64,000 nt of DNA, from assembly GCA_050250895.1 (NCBI GenBank), contig JBFWNU010000013.1:1-64000 (forward strand). Direction: 5' to 3'. The position numbers and the translations under genes are program-made. Below, one piece after another: positions 30,626 through 40,088 of the stretch. The notes under the pieces are model-generated. The model worked only from the letters and a program-made list of their open reading frames with translations. It was not told the origin of the DNA and ran no database searches. This DNA comes from Vulcanimicrobiota bacterium (GTDB lineage Bacteria > Vulcanimicrobiota > Xenobia > Xenobiales > JADMJV01). Every line of letters begins with the position of its first letter. The first letter of the stretch is position 1.

Positions 30626-31731
30626 AGCGGCGGCGCCAACTTGAGCGATTCTTGCTGCCGCGGTTGGATGGCCAAACCTGGTCCCACTCGTTGGGCGAGC
30701 AGACTACCTTCGACGGCCACTCTATTGGCATGGCCTATGAAACGGGTTTGCTGATTGAAATCAGGGTCAAGCATCTGCGCACTCGAGCCACGGCCGAGAT
30801 CGAATTCTACGAGCCAGGTTGTCGCCTTCGCTACTACGGCGATATCGTGCTCAGCAGCCGTCGCGATCTCGTGCGACTCTGTCGCCTGGTGGATAGAGTC
30901 CGGGCCTTCGCTGAGACCAGACAGTGGCAGGGGTCCCCGATTAGCGACGCCGCCGATGAGCAGCTTGAGCCTGCCAGCGACGAAGCTCACGAGGTCTATC
31001 GCGCTGTGCTTGAGGCCCTTTATCCCGAGTCTCCCCCTGTCTATCACCGCATCCGCTCACAAGTGCTCGATTGGCCTGAACTATGGTACGACGTGCGAGC
31101 ACGGCGGCTGGATCTCGACCGAGAGGCCTTTCTCGCCTGGGCTGCCGCCCCGAACCAGCGCCTCGTCGGCAAAGGTCCCGAGGTGTTGGACCATTTTCCT
31201 ACTCCGTTTGATTTCTACGCTCGCTTTCCTCGAGCGCCTGGGCTCGTCACCTTCAGTCCGGTGGGCTTTGACTCACACCTTCAACGAGCGTGTGTCTGGC
31301 TCGAGCACGATACACTGCTCAAAGGTTTCGAGCGAGGGCCGATGACCGACAAAGCCGGGCGTTACCGCTCGGTGCGGCGACTGCTCGCCCTGACACGACA
31401 CGATGACTGGCGACTCGATGGCTGGATCGAAGGGCACCCTGGCGAGAACGAATGGAAGGAGTTCGAGCGGGCTCGTCTGGCGGCGCTTCTTCCGAAACAC
31501 GTGGTGCTCAAGCGACTTGAGTACCACGAGGAAAGGCCAGGTAGCGCTCTACTAGAGGCAACCTGGAAGGGTACAACCCGTCAGGTGTTGGTGGTTGACC
31601 GATGGGCCCTACCGCGCCTACTATCTGGATATCCCAGCGTTCTCGTCCCGGGCATGCCCACGGTGATCACATACCCTCTGAGTCCCGAGGTCATTGTTGA
31701 GGGGATTCAAGCTCTACTTGACGAGGCATGA
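30607..31731 (+). CDS. Hypothetical protein, paralogue of previous gene
   Basis: EVYRAVLEALYP ... FPRAPGLVTFSPVGFD. Confidence 0.65.
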   Translation: MEGRVVKRRRQLERFLLPRLDGQTWSHSLGEQTTFDGHSIGMAYETGLLIEIRVKHLRTRATAEIEFYEPGCRLRYYGDIVLSSRRDLVRLCRLVDRVRAFAETRQWQGSPISDAADEQLEPASDEAHEVYRAVLEALYPESPPVYHRIRSQVLDWPELWYDVRARRLDLDREAFLAWAAAPNQRLVGKGPEVLDHFPTPFDFYARFPRAPGLVTFSPVGFDSHLQRACVWLEHDTLLKGFERGPMTDKAGRYRSVRRLLALTRHDDWRLDGWIEGHPGENEWKEFERARLAALLPKHVVLKRLEYHEERPGSALLEATWKGTTRQVLVVDRWALPRLLSGYPSVLVPGMPTVITYPLSPEVIVEGIQALLDEA

Positions 31732-31756
31732 GGTCGGGCCTGGTGAATCAAGGGGA

Positions 31757-33097
31757 GTGGACGAGTTAGCGCGCTTTATCCTGAGCGCTCGAGGAGAGGG
31801 TCGGGCCGAGAGCGAGGGGCAACTCGAACTCGACGTCGAGAAGGCAGTGGACAAGCTCAACCGGGCCCGTCTGCCTGGGCCGACGACCTTCTTGCTGCTG
31901 GCCACGCAAGCCCTGGTGCAGACCAACTGCGCTCCCATCAAAGCCTGGAGCTGGCGCAGATTCAAGCTGACCGGCGGTGCGGCCCCGGAGTCCCTGCATC
32001 CCGAAGCGATCCTGGCTCGTCTGGACTCGCTCCTGACCAGCTGGACATCCCCCCTGGAACGAATGGTGGTGGCCTGGCAAAGCGCCGAGGCCCAGCCGCT
32101 GCAGTCGCTCGTCTGGTATTGGTACGATGGCCAGGAGCGTGTTCGCTTGCGCTGGGACGGGCGCAAGCGCTATCTCGAAAAACCGCGCTGGGGAGGAGTC
32201 GGCACCGCTTTCATTGCCACCCCCCGCAACTGGCAACAGTTCCACCATCGGTGCCTCCCCTTGTTTGACCAGTTCCGCTGGTCCCCAGTGCCGCTTTTTG
32301 CCGGCGGAGCCCGCAAATACGGGGCTCCCGACCACCGCGATGCGGTGGCGGTGAGTTTTCGCCAGGTGGATGAGCCGGTGCCCGAGCACAGCTTCTCTTA
32401 TCTTGCCTTTCCCATGCAGCAAAACCCGTGCCTCAAGCAGTTGCTGGCCCACGTCACCCACCAGCGCGGCGGTTCGGCCACCACCCAGATCGAGGTGGTC
32501 AAAGGCGACTTTCAGCCCAGCTATCGGGGGCCGATCCCGCTGGTCGATGAGCTCATCTGGCTCGACCCGCGCTCGGCGGGCGAGATTCGGTTTGTCCAGC
32601 ACGGAGTCCACACGGCCACCTTCGAGTGGGGTCTGCCCGGCGTGGTCATGGTCAGCCACTCGCGCGACCTGGACTTTGACCTGTCGGGGTTGGTTCCCAT
32701 CGACAACGACAAATTCCAGGCGCGCTTTGACGAGCTGCTCGAGAGTCTGAGCCAGCTCGTGCCGCTGGCCCTCGAGCATGTCGATAGCTATCGACAACGG
32801 GCCGACCTGCCCCTGATGGACAAGAGCTTTAAAGTTGGAGGGATGGGCCTGGCCGGAGGAGCGGTGGCCGGCGGCGCCCTGGCCTTGCTCACGGGATTGC
32901 CTTTCTTGACCGTGGGTGCGGCCACGATGGTCCTGGGTACCTGGCTGGGCGGGCGCCGAGGTCATCGCCAGGACAAAGAAAGATACGTCCAAGATGTGCG
33001 GGGCTGGCTGGAACACCTTCAGCACGCTTTGAAGGAATGGAAAGAGGCCGAAGGAAGCAGTGCGGATGAAGGTCCTGATCATCACCAAGACGGATGA
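31757..33097 (+). CDS. GHKL-like N-terminal domain paralogue with C-terminal TM hairpin
   Basis: ESEGQLELD.EKA.DKL motif; DL-x-FDLSG; Gly-rich double TM near C-terminus. Confidence 0.7.
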   Translation: MDELARFILSARGEGRAESEGQLELDVEKAVDKLNRARLPGPTTFLLLATQALVQTNCAPIKAWSWRRFKLTGGAAPESLHPEAILARLDSLLTSWTSPLERMVVAWQSAEAQPLQSLVWYWYDGQERVRLRWDGRKRYLEKPRWGGVGTAFIATPRNWQQFHHRCLPLFDQFRWSPVPLFAGGARKYGAPDHRDAVAVSFRQVDEPVPEHSFSYLAFPMQQNPCLKQLLAHVTHQRGGSATTQIEVVKGDFQPSYRGPIPLVDELIWLDPRSAGEIRFVQHGVHTATFEWGLPGVVMVSHSRDLDFDLSGLVPIDNDKFQARFDELLESLSQLVPLALEHVDSYRQRADLPLMDKSFKVGGMGLAGGAVAGGALALLTGLPFLTVGAATMVLGTWLGGRRGHRQDKERYVQDVRGWLEHLQHALKEWKEAEGSSADEGPDHHQDG

Positions 33098-34052
33098 AAA
33101 CGACTCGGTTCGACTGGTAAGCGAGGCCCTGCAAGCGCGCGGGGCCAGCGTCATCCGCCTCGACACCGACCTCTACCCGCAGGATGTGCGGCTGGCCAGC
33201 ACCTATGAGAACGGCAAGTCCAAGATGGTGGTCAGCAGTGGTGGCCGGCGCCTCGACCTGGGTGACGTCGAGGCCGTCTATTATCGTCGTTTCGCGGCCG
33301 GCAATCTGCTCGACCCGCGCCAGCTGGGCGATACTCACGAGGCCTGCTTCAAAGAGTCGCGGCTGACCCTGTACGGCCATATCGTCTCCATGGATTGCTT
33401 TCATCTCGACCGCCTGGCGTCGGTGCGCAAAGCCGACTATAAAGAGCTTCAATTGCGCGAGGCGCAACGGCTCGGCATCGCCTGCCCGCGCACCCTGATC
33501 ACCAACGACCCTGACGCCGTGCTCGAATTTCTGACCCGCACCAAAGGCCGGGTCATCACCAAGATGCAGTCGCAGTTCGCCATCTATCGCGAGGGCGAAG
33601 AGAACGTGGTCTTCACCAACGAGCTCAAGCTCGACGACCTGTCGAGCCTCGACGGGCTGCGCTTTAGTCCGATGATGTTTCAAGAGATGGTGCCCAAGCA
33701 GCTCGAACTGCGGGTGACCACGGTGGGCCACCGGGTCTTTGCGGCCGCCATCGATTCGCAAGTCTCCGACCGTGCCAAAGTCGACTGGCGCCGCGACGGT
33801 CACGCCCTCATCGACTCGTGGCAGCCTTACGAGTTTCCGCCCGACGAGGCCGAAAAGCTGCTCAAGCTAGCCAGCTGGTTCGGGCTCAACTATTCGGCGG
33901 CCGACTACATCCTGACTCCCGACGGGCAACTGGTATTCCTCGAGATGAACGCCGCCGGAGAGTGGTTCTGGCTGCAACTGATGAGCGGCCTCAACATCGC
34001 TGAAGCCATGGCCGAGGTGCTCGTCGATCCGGCCGCCCGCCGAGTGGGTTAG
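33066..34052 (+). CDS. mvdD: MvdD/MdnC-type ATP-grasp RiPP ester-forming macrocyclase
   Basis: VLIIT..D.N.S, R.DTD.YP, AV.YRR, K.LQL, TKM.SQFAIY..E.VVFT, FQE.VPK.LELR, DWRR.G, FLE.N..GE.FWL: colinear with MdnC as I recall it. Confidence 0.88.
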   Translation: MKVLIITKTDENDSVRLVSEALQARGASVIRLDTDLYPQDVRLASTYENGKSKMVVSSGGRRLDLGDVEAVYYRRFAAGNLLDPRQLGDTHEACFKESRLTLYGHIVSMDCFHLDRLASVRKADYKELQLREAQRLGIACPRTLITNDPDAVLEFLTRTKGRVITKMQSQFAIYREGEENVVFTNELKLDDLSSLDGLRFSPMMFQEMVPKQLELRVTTVGHRVFAAAIDSQVSDRAKVDWRRDGHALIDSWQPYEFPPDEAEKLLKLASWFGLNYSAADYILTPDGQLVFLEMNAAGEWFWLQLMSGLNIAEAMAEVLVDPAARRVG

Positions 34053-34714
34053 CGTTCGGCGATAAACACGCTCATGGCCGCCACCGAGCCAGGATAGAGC
34101 GGGTTGCGGTCGGGGATGTTCTTGTCGTCTCCGAAGATCTCCCAGAGCACGGGGAAGAGTCCCAGTTCCGACGGTAGCCGACCGTCAAGCTGCAGATCCC
34201 CGTCGTGTTCTCGATGGGCGGTGAGACGGTAGCGCTCGGAGTTCGCGCTGCGAATCTCGAAGTCGCCGCTGCGAGGATCGCGGTCGATGGAAAAGCTCAG
34301 ACCGTGGCTCGTGAAATCGACCTGCTCGTCGCCCTCGCGGAGCTCGCGCTCGATGTGGCCCCGCACGCCTCCGCGCAGGTCTAGCTGGCGGCCCTGATCG
34401 GATCGGTCGAGCTCGAGGCGCCGGCCGTTGAGCTCGATCGTGGTGTCGCCGTCGGGCCTACCGCGAGCGATGGTTCCTTCGAGGTGGCGCCCGCCGTAGC
34501 GGCCGGTGAGAGAATTGTAGCCCTGGGCGGCGTCGCGTCCGACGGTCAGGTCGACCCGGTCGGCGCCGATTCCGCCTTCGATATGCGCATCGCCGTCGCT
34601 CGCGCCCCGGTGAACCTCGAGTTCAACCCGGTTCGGGCCGAAAGAACCTCGAATGGACGCGCTTCCGTTGGTGGGGTGGCGGTCGATAGTGATGCGAACA
34701 GGCACGGTAGACAT
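34049..34714 (-). CDS. Hypothetical beta-strand-repeat protein
   Basis: ATG 6 nt after TAGAGT; recurring I/L-D-R...G...I-x-G units. Confidence 0.65.
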   Translation of the reverse strand: MSTVPVRITIDRHPTNGSASIRGSFGPNRVELEVHRGASDGDAHIEGGIGADRVDLTVGRDAAQGYNSLTGRYGGRHLEGTIARGRPDGDTTIELNGRRLELDRSDQGRQLDLRGGVRGHIERELREGDEQVDFTSHGLSFSIDRDPRSGDFEIRSANSERYRLTAHREHDGDLQLDGRLPSELGLFPVLWEIFGDDKNIPDRNPLYPGSVAAMSVFIAER

Positions 34715-34749
34715 GGCCACACTCTAATCGGCCATGATCAAAACAACGT

Positions 34750-34778
34750 AAAAAAACAGGCCCGCGTTGCCGCGGGCC
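34750..34778 (-). terminator. Rho-independent terminator of the RiPP precursor gene
   Basis: GGCCCGCG-GCAA-CGCGGGCC then TGTTTTTTT on minus strand. Confidence 0.85.
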
Positions 34779-34784
34779 GGGGTG

Positions 34785-35384
34785 TTAGGTGGGTCGGATG
34801 CCGCCCAGGTCGTGGTCGCTATCACTGGGATAGCGCAGCGTGGAAATGACTGGCGGCTTGGGACCGATGGGACACGAGTCGTGGTCAGAATCAGAGGGGT
34901 AGGCCATCGTCGTCAAGTGGGGAGGCTTGCCGCCGTGAAAGGGGGGCTTGCCACCAATGTCACCATCGCTATCGCTAGGGTAGCGAAGGGTCGAGATGCC
35001 CGGCGGCTTCGGACCGATCGGACACGAGTCGTGGTCAGAGTCTGAAGGGTAGGCCATGGTCGTCAATTGGGGAGGCTTGCCGGGATGGTTCGGAGGCCTG
35101 CCACCACCGTCGTGGTCTGAGTCGGACGGATAGGCCATGGTGGTCATTTGCGGAGGCTTAGGACAACCGCCGCGGTGCTGGTCTTCGAGAAAGCGCTCGA
35201 AGAAGGGGCGACTGGCTGCGTTGTGGCCTCCGCCAACGTCGTTCCAGGTGCGACCGAGCAAACCGTTGAGAGCTTTGGCACGAATGCCGGAGCCGCTATC
35301 GACGGCGGACTCAGCCGCGGCCTGGGGGGTGAGATTATATTGAAAGGGACGAGCTTCGATGGACGTTGCACTGGTGATTCGCAT
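34785..35384 (-). CDS. Multicore microviridin/marinostatin-type graspetide precursor (5 cores)
   Basis: SD GGAGG before ATG 35384; leader motif PFFERFLE; cores TTMAYPSDSD x3 and STLRYPSDSD x2. Confidence 0.9.
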   Translation of the reverse strand: MRITSATSIEARPFQYNLTPQAAAESAVDSGSGIRAKALNGLLGRTWNDVGGGHNAASRPFFERFLEDQHRGGCPKPPQMTTMAYPSDSDHDGGGRPPNHPGKPPQLTTMAYPSDSDHDSCPIGPKPPGISTLRYPSDSDGDIGGKPPFHGGKPPHLTTMAYPSDSDHDSCPIGPKPPVISTLRYPSDSDHDLGGIRPT

Positions 35385-35521
35385 CTTAACCTCCGCGTGT
35401 GTGCTTCTATGGGTTAAATGCAACAGCACGATGTTTCCAAGTCGTGAACATCAGGTTAAATGAAAATTAAAGACTTGCAATCTCTGGAAAAATCGGTTTT
35501 TGCCGACACTATTCAGTGTCC

Positions 35522-36373
35522 CTAGCTGAGAGCGACCAGCAGAGAGCCCAATCCCGCCAGGGCCAGGGCCGCCAACCGCCGCGGAGTCAGCCGCTCGTGC
35601 AGCACCAACCAGGCCAGCAAGATCACGAACACCGTGGAAAGCTGGTTGTAGATGGCCGCCCGCCCGGGAGTGGTGTACTTGAAGCCAGAGATCCAGAACA
35701 CGGTGGCCAGGTACGGACCCAGCAGACTGAGGGGGATGGTCCATTTATAGAGGTCGGTCTGGCGAAAACCTGCCCACAAATCCTCACCGCGCCACCAGGC
35801 GTAGAGCCCCAGCACGGCCGTGGCCACCAGAAAGCGATAGCCGGCGATCCACAGGACCGACTCGGTGCGATAGAGATCTCGCACCATCAAGATGCCGACC
35901 GCCATGACGACGTGGGCCCCGGCGGCCAGAGCTACTCCGGAGAGCAATTCACGGGGTGGGGCCTCGGAGTCAAAGCGCAGCCCCACGCCGACCAGCACGC
36001 CCGCCACCACCAGGGCGCCACCCACCACCTCCCAGCCGTTAAGACCCTCGCCGAACATCAGAAAGCCCACGAAGGCCACCGAAGGAGCGTAGATGCAATC
36101 GGCAATCGCCTGCAGACTCGCCCCCAACCGGTTGAGAGCAGCCACGAACAAAGTGTCCGCAATGGAGATGCCCAGGATCGCGCTAATCGCCAGCCGGCCG
36201 TAGGCCACGGGCGGAAGGTCAGGCCACAGCGGCAGGCCCAGGTAAAGGATGGTCGTGTAGAAGCACACCAGGGCAACCGCACTTTTGAAGAAGGTCAGCG
36301 GAATGGGCGCCAACCGCAGCCCCGACAGCCGCAACAAGATCACGGCGACCGACCAGAGCAAAGCCGAGGCCAT
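35522..36373 (-). CDS. DMT/EamA family transporter
   Basis: About 10 TM helices in two EamA halves; L.E.L motifs. Confidence 0.88.
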   Translation of the reverse strand: MASALLWSVAVILLRLSGLRLAPIPLTFFKSAVALVCFYTTILYLGLPLWPDLPPVAYGRLAISAILGISIADTLFVAALNRLGASLQAIADCIYAPSVAFVGFLMFGEGLNGWEVVGGALVVAGVLVGVGLRFDSEAPPRELLSGVALAAGAHVVMAVGILMVRDLYRTESVLWIAGYRFLVATAVLGLYAWWRGEDLWAGFRQTDLYKWTIPLSLLGPYLATVFWISGFKYTTPGRAAIYNQLSTVFVILLAWLVLHERLTPRRLAALALAGLGSLLVALS

Positions 36374-36474
36374 CGCCGAGAATTCGCCGTGGATGACCGG
36401 TTCGAACGCCTTTGCCAGAGTTTCTAACAGGCGCCGAGGATTCTGCCTGGCTCAGCGCCTTCCTTCGTGCCGGG

Positions 36475-38010
36475 TTAGTAAGCCACGGCGAAAAGGACCT
36501 GCTCCTTGGCGGGCTTGCCCGAGTAGACGCAGACGCCTTCGCCGCCGGGCTGGTCGAAGGGAATGCAGCGCACGGTGCCTTTGGTCTCTTCTTTGATCTT
36601 CGCCTCGGCCTCTTCGTCCTCGTTAAACCAGCAGCGAACGAAGCCTTTGCGCTCGGCCAGGGCGGCTTTGAGCTCGTCGTAGTTGTTCGCCTCGACGGTG
36701 TGCTCGTCGCGAAAGGTCGAGGCTTGCTCGAGCATGCGAGCCTGGATCTCTTCGACCTTGCCGGCCAGCCACTCGGGAGTGGCCTCGGCCAGCTCGTGAA
36801 ACGACTTGCTGCGGTCCAGGCGCAGCTTGAGCACGAAGTTGCCCTTCTCGACATCGCGAGGGCCGACCTCGATGCGGAACGGCACGCCGCGCTGCTCCCA
36901 ATAGAAGTGCTTCTCGACCGGCTTCTGATCGCGCAGGTCGAGCACTACCTGTTGGGCAGCCGTGTCGTCGGTGAAAACCGAGAGTTGATCGCGGTTGCCC
37001 ACTCGCGACTCGGCCGCGGCCAGGCGCTTGTCTCCGCATAAGCCAGCCACGATGCGCTTGCAATACTCGAGCACCTGGGCCTTCTCTTCGTCCTTGCGGT
37101 AGATGGGCACCACGGCGGCCAGCACCGGGGCCATGCGGGGGGGCAACACCAGCCCCTCGTCGTCAGAGTGGGTCATCAGCAGGGCGCCGATGAGGCGGGT
37201 GCTGGCTCCCCATGAAGTGGTATGGCACAGGTGTTGCTGATTGTCACGACCGAGGAACTGGATATTGAAGGCCCGGGCGAAATTCTGGCCCAGGTTGTGC
37301 GAGGTGCCGGCCTGCAAGGCCTTGCAGTCTTGCATGAGGGCCTCGATGCAATAGGTCGTGTCCGCTCCCGGAAACTTCTCGCTCTTGGTCTTGCGGCCTT
37401 TGATGACGGGCACGGCCAGAAACTCGTGAGCAAAGTCAGAATAGACGTCGAGCATCTGCAGAGTCTCGGCTTCGGCCTCTTCGTGGTTCTCGTGAGCGGT
37501 GTGGCCCTCTTGCCAGAGAAACTCGGCCGTGCGCAGAAACAGGCGAGTGCGCAGCTCCCAGCGCATGACGTTGGCCCATTGGTTGATCAGCACCGGCAGG
37601 TCGCGATAGCTCTGCACCCACTGGGCATACATGTGTCCGATGACCGTTTCAGAGGTCGGCCGCACGATCAAGGGCTCGGCCAGTTCGCCTTTGGCCACCA
37701 GCCCATCGTCGCCTTTCTCGAGGCCGCTGTGGGTGACCACTGCGCACTCCATAGCGAAGCCCTCGACGTGGTCAGCCTCTTTCTGCAGAAAGCTCACCGG
37801 AATCAGCAGCGGAAAGTAGGCGTTGACGTGACCGGTGGCTTTGAAGCGCCGGTCGAGATCACGCTGGATCCCCTCCCAGAGGGCGTAGCCGGTAGGCCGA
37901 ATGACCATGCATCCGCGCACCGGCGAATAGTCGGCCAACTCGGCCGCCTTGATGACGTCTAAATACCACTGCGAATAGTCTTCACTACGGGGTTTGATGT
38001 TTCTAGCCAT
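36475..38010 (-). CDS. proS: Proline--tRNA ligase (archaeal/eukaryotic type)
   Basis: WY.DVI..AEL.DY.PVRGC, RPTSET, FLRT.EFLWQEGHT, LQAGTSHNLGQNF, C-terminal AY. Confidence 0.97.
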   Translation of the reverse strand: MARNIKPRSEDYSQWYLDVIKAAELADYSPVRGCMVIRPTGYALWEGIQRDLDRRFKATGHVNAYFPLLIPVSFLQKEADHVEGFAMECAVVTHSGLEKGDDGLVAKGELAEPLIVRPTSETVIGHMYAQWVQSYRDLPVLINQWANVMRWELRTRLFLRTAEFLWQEGHTAHENHEEAEAETLQMLDVYSDFAHEFLAVPVIKGRKTKSEKFPGADTTYCIEALMQDCKALQAGTSHNLGQNFARAFNIQFLGRDNQQHLCHTTSWGASTRLIGALLMTHSDDEGLVLPPRMAPVLAAVVPIYRKDEEKAQVLEYCKRIVAGLCGDKRLAAAESRVGNRDQLSVFTDDTAAQQVVLDLRDQKPVEKHFYWEQRGVPFRIEVGPRDVEKGNFVLKLRLDRSKSFHELAEATPEWLAGKVEEIQARMLEQASTFRDEHTVEANNYDELKAALAERKGFVRCWFNEDEEAEAKIKEETKGTVRCIPFDQPGGEGVCVYSGKPAKEQVLFAVAY

Positions 38011-38162
38011 GGCGCCCCTCCTTCGCAGCCGCCCCCCCTCTAGCCTGCGCGTCGAGCCCTCAATTCGCCGTCAACACCGAAGGGGGAGGCGGGCCGCCAG
38101 AGGGCAAGAATCGCACCACCGGTCGGGGCGGGTCGGTGAAACTTTGCTCGGGCCGGCGGCCT

Positions 38163-39986
38163 TTAACCTAGCTCTACATCAGGGAAGTTATCCATCAGCC
38201 GCTCGCTGCGCATGCGTTTGGCCGTGTCGACGAAGCGATCCAGGTCGAGAGTGACCTGCTCTTTGACGCAGTAGCGGCGCCAGGTCACCTGGCGGGCCTG
38301 CTGTTCCTTCTCGCCGACGATCAGGATGTTGGGGATCTTCGAGGTCACGGCCGTGCGGATCTTCTTGTTGAAGCTGTCGTTGCCGAGATCGACCTCGGCC
38401 CGGAAGCCCAGCTTGTGCAACAGGCGCGACACTTCGACCGCGTAGTCGCCGAAGTTCTCGACATGCACCGGCACCACCATCATCTGGGTGGGGGCCATCC
38501 AGGTAGGGAAGGCTCCCTTGAAGTGCTCGATGAGGAAAGCCAGAAAACGCTCGTGGGTGCCCAGCGGCGCGCGGTGGATGCAATAAGGAGTGTGATGCTC
38601 GCCGTCGGCGCCGACGTAGGTCAGGCCGAAACGTTCCGGCACGGCGAAATCGAGCTGATTGGTCGAGGCCGTCTCTTCGCGACCGACCACGTTCTGAATC
38701 TGGAAGTCGACTTTGGGTCCATAGAAGGCGGCCTCGCCGAAGCCGATCTCGAACTCGATGCCCGACTTCTCGAGAATCTTCTCGATGATCTTCTCCGACG
38801 ATGCCCAGGCGGCCGGATTGTCGACGTATTTGGTCTTGTTGTCAGGATCGTAGACCGACAGGCGCATCCAATAACGAGCCAGCCGAAACATCTCGTAATA
38901 GTTACGATGCATCTCGAGCACGGCCGTGAATTCTTCTTCGAGCTGCTCGGCGGTGCAATAGATATGGGCGTCGTTCATGCACATCCCACGCACCCGCAAA
39001 AGGCCCGCCAGGGCTCCTGATTGCTCGTAGCGATAACACTGGCCGTACTCGGCCAAACGCAGGGGCAACTCGCGATAAGAGCGAGGCCGGCTGCCGAAGA
39101 TGAGGTGATGGAAGGGGCAGTTCATCGGCTTGAGATAATACTGCCGCTCTTCGTCGACCGTCATGGGCGGAAACATGGCGTCTTTGTAATACGGCAGATG
39201 GCCTGAAGTCTCGAACAGCTTGCCGTCGGTGACGTGGGGGGTGGCCACCCGCTGATAACCGGCCTGAAATTCGACCTCGCGGGCCAGGGCCTCGAGCTCT
39301 TCGCGCAAGACGGTGCCATTGGGCAGCCACAAGGGCAGACCCGGACCGACCTCATCGGAAATGTGGAATAACTCGAGTTCTTTGCCCAGCTTACGATGGT
39401 CGAACTTGCGGGCTTCTTCGCGCAGCCGGATGAACTCCTTGAGTTCTTTCTTGTCCATGAAGGCCAGACCGTAGATGCGGGTCAGCATCTCGCGCTTCTC
39501 GTCACCGCGCCAGTAGGCTCCGGCCAGGTTATCGAGCTTGAAGCTGTCGGCCGGGATCTTGCCTGTGTCCTCGACGTGCGGTCCGGCACATAGGTCCTCG
39601 AAGGGCCCGTTGCGATAAAAACTGAGGGTCTCGCCGCGGTCGCCCAGTTCGCCGGCGTATTCGGCCTTGAGGTGCTCTCCCTGACCTTTGAGCATCTCGA
39701 CCGCCTCGTCGGGGGACAATTCGCGATACTCGAACTCCTGGCGCTGATTGATGATCTTGCGCATCTCGTTTTCGATGGCCTTGAGGTCTTCATCCGAGAT
39801 CGTCTGGGGCAGCAAGAAATCGTAATAGAACCCGTTCTCGACGGGTGGGCCGAAGCCCAGCTTGGTGCCGGGATAGAGCTTCTGAACGGCCTGGGCCATG
39901 ATGTGGGCCAATGAGTGACGACGACAGTAGAGCGTGTCCTCGCTCTTGGCGGCGTGATCCATAGTGGCGTAGGCTTTACGTGCCAT
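38163..39986 (-). CDS. thrS: Threonine--tRNA ligase (no N-terminal TGS domain)
   Basis: RHSLAH, DLCAGPHV, AGAYWRGD, DHRKLG, KPMNCP, AAFYGPK, IHRA. Confidence 0.97.
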   Translation of the reverse strand: MARKAYATMDHAAKSEDTLYCRRHSLAHIMAQAVQKLYPGTKLGFGPPVENGFYYDFLLPQTISDEDLKAIENEMRKIINQRQEFEYRELSPDEAVEMLKGQGEHLKAEYAGELGDRGETLSFYRNGPFEDLCAGPHVEDTGKIPADSFKLDNLAGAYWRGDEKREMLTRIYGLAFMDKKELKEFIRLREEARKFDHRKLGKELELFHISDEVGPGLPLWLPNGTVLREELEALAREVEFQAGYQRVATPHVTDGKLFETSGHLPYYKDAMFPPMTVDEERQYYLKPMNCPFHHLIFGSRPRSYRELPLRLAEYGQCYRYEQSGALAGLLRVRGMCMNDAHIYCTAEQLEEEFTAVLEMHRNYYEMFRLARYWMRLSVYDPDNKTKYVDNPAAWASSEKIIEKILEKSGIEFEIGFGEAAFYGPKVDFQIQNVVGREETASTNQLDFAVPERFGLTYVGADGEHHTPYCIHRAPLGTHERFLAFLIEHFKGAFPTWMAPTQMMVVPVHVENFGDYAVEVSRLLHKLGFRAEVDLGNDSFNKKIRTAVTSKIPNILIVGEKEQQARQVTWRRYCVKEQVTLDLDRFVDTAKRMRSERLMDNFPDVELG

Positions 39987-40088
39987 GACAATCTCCTTTG
40001 AAGGGGGCGCCTTCGTGTCGGGGACTGGGGGAACCTGTCATGGCCAGAAGTTCGAGGGGACCGGGCCGAGCAAAGAGAAGTTAGCACC

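Noticed and set aside
36374-36420. Non-canonical upstream start for the EamA gene (in-frame IHGEFSA precedes the ATG)
   Set aside because: Plausible from family pattern, but no clear start codon or SD could be assigned
39987-40088. T-box or other leader upstream of thrS
   Set aside because: Only ~100 bp to the divergent gene; no T-box consensus or terminator seen
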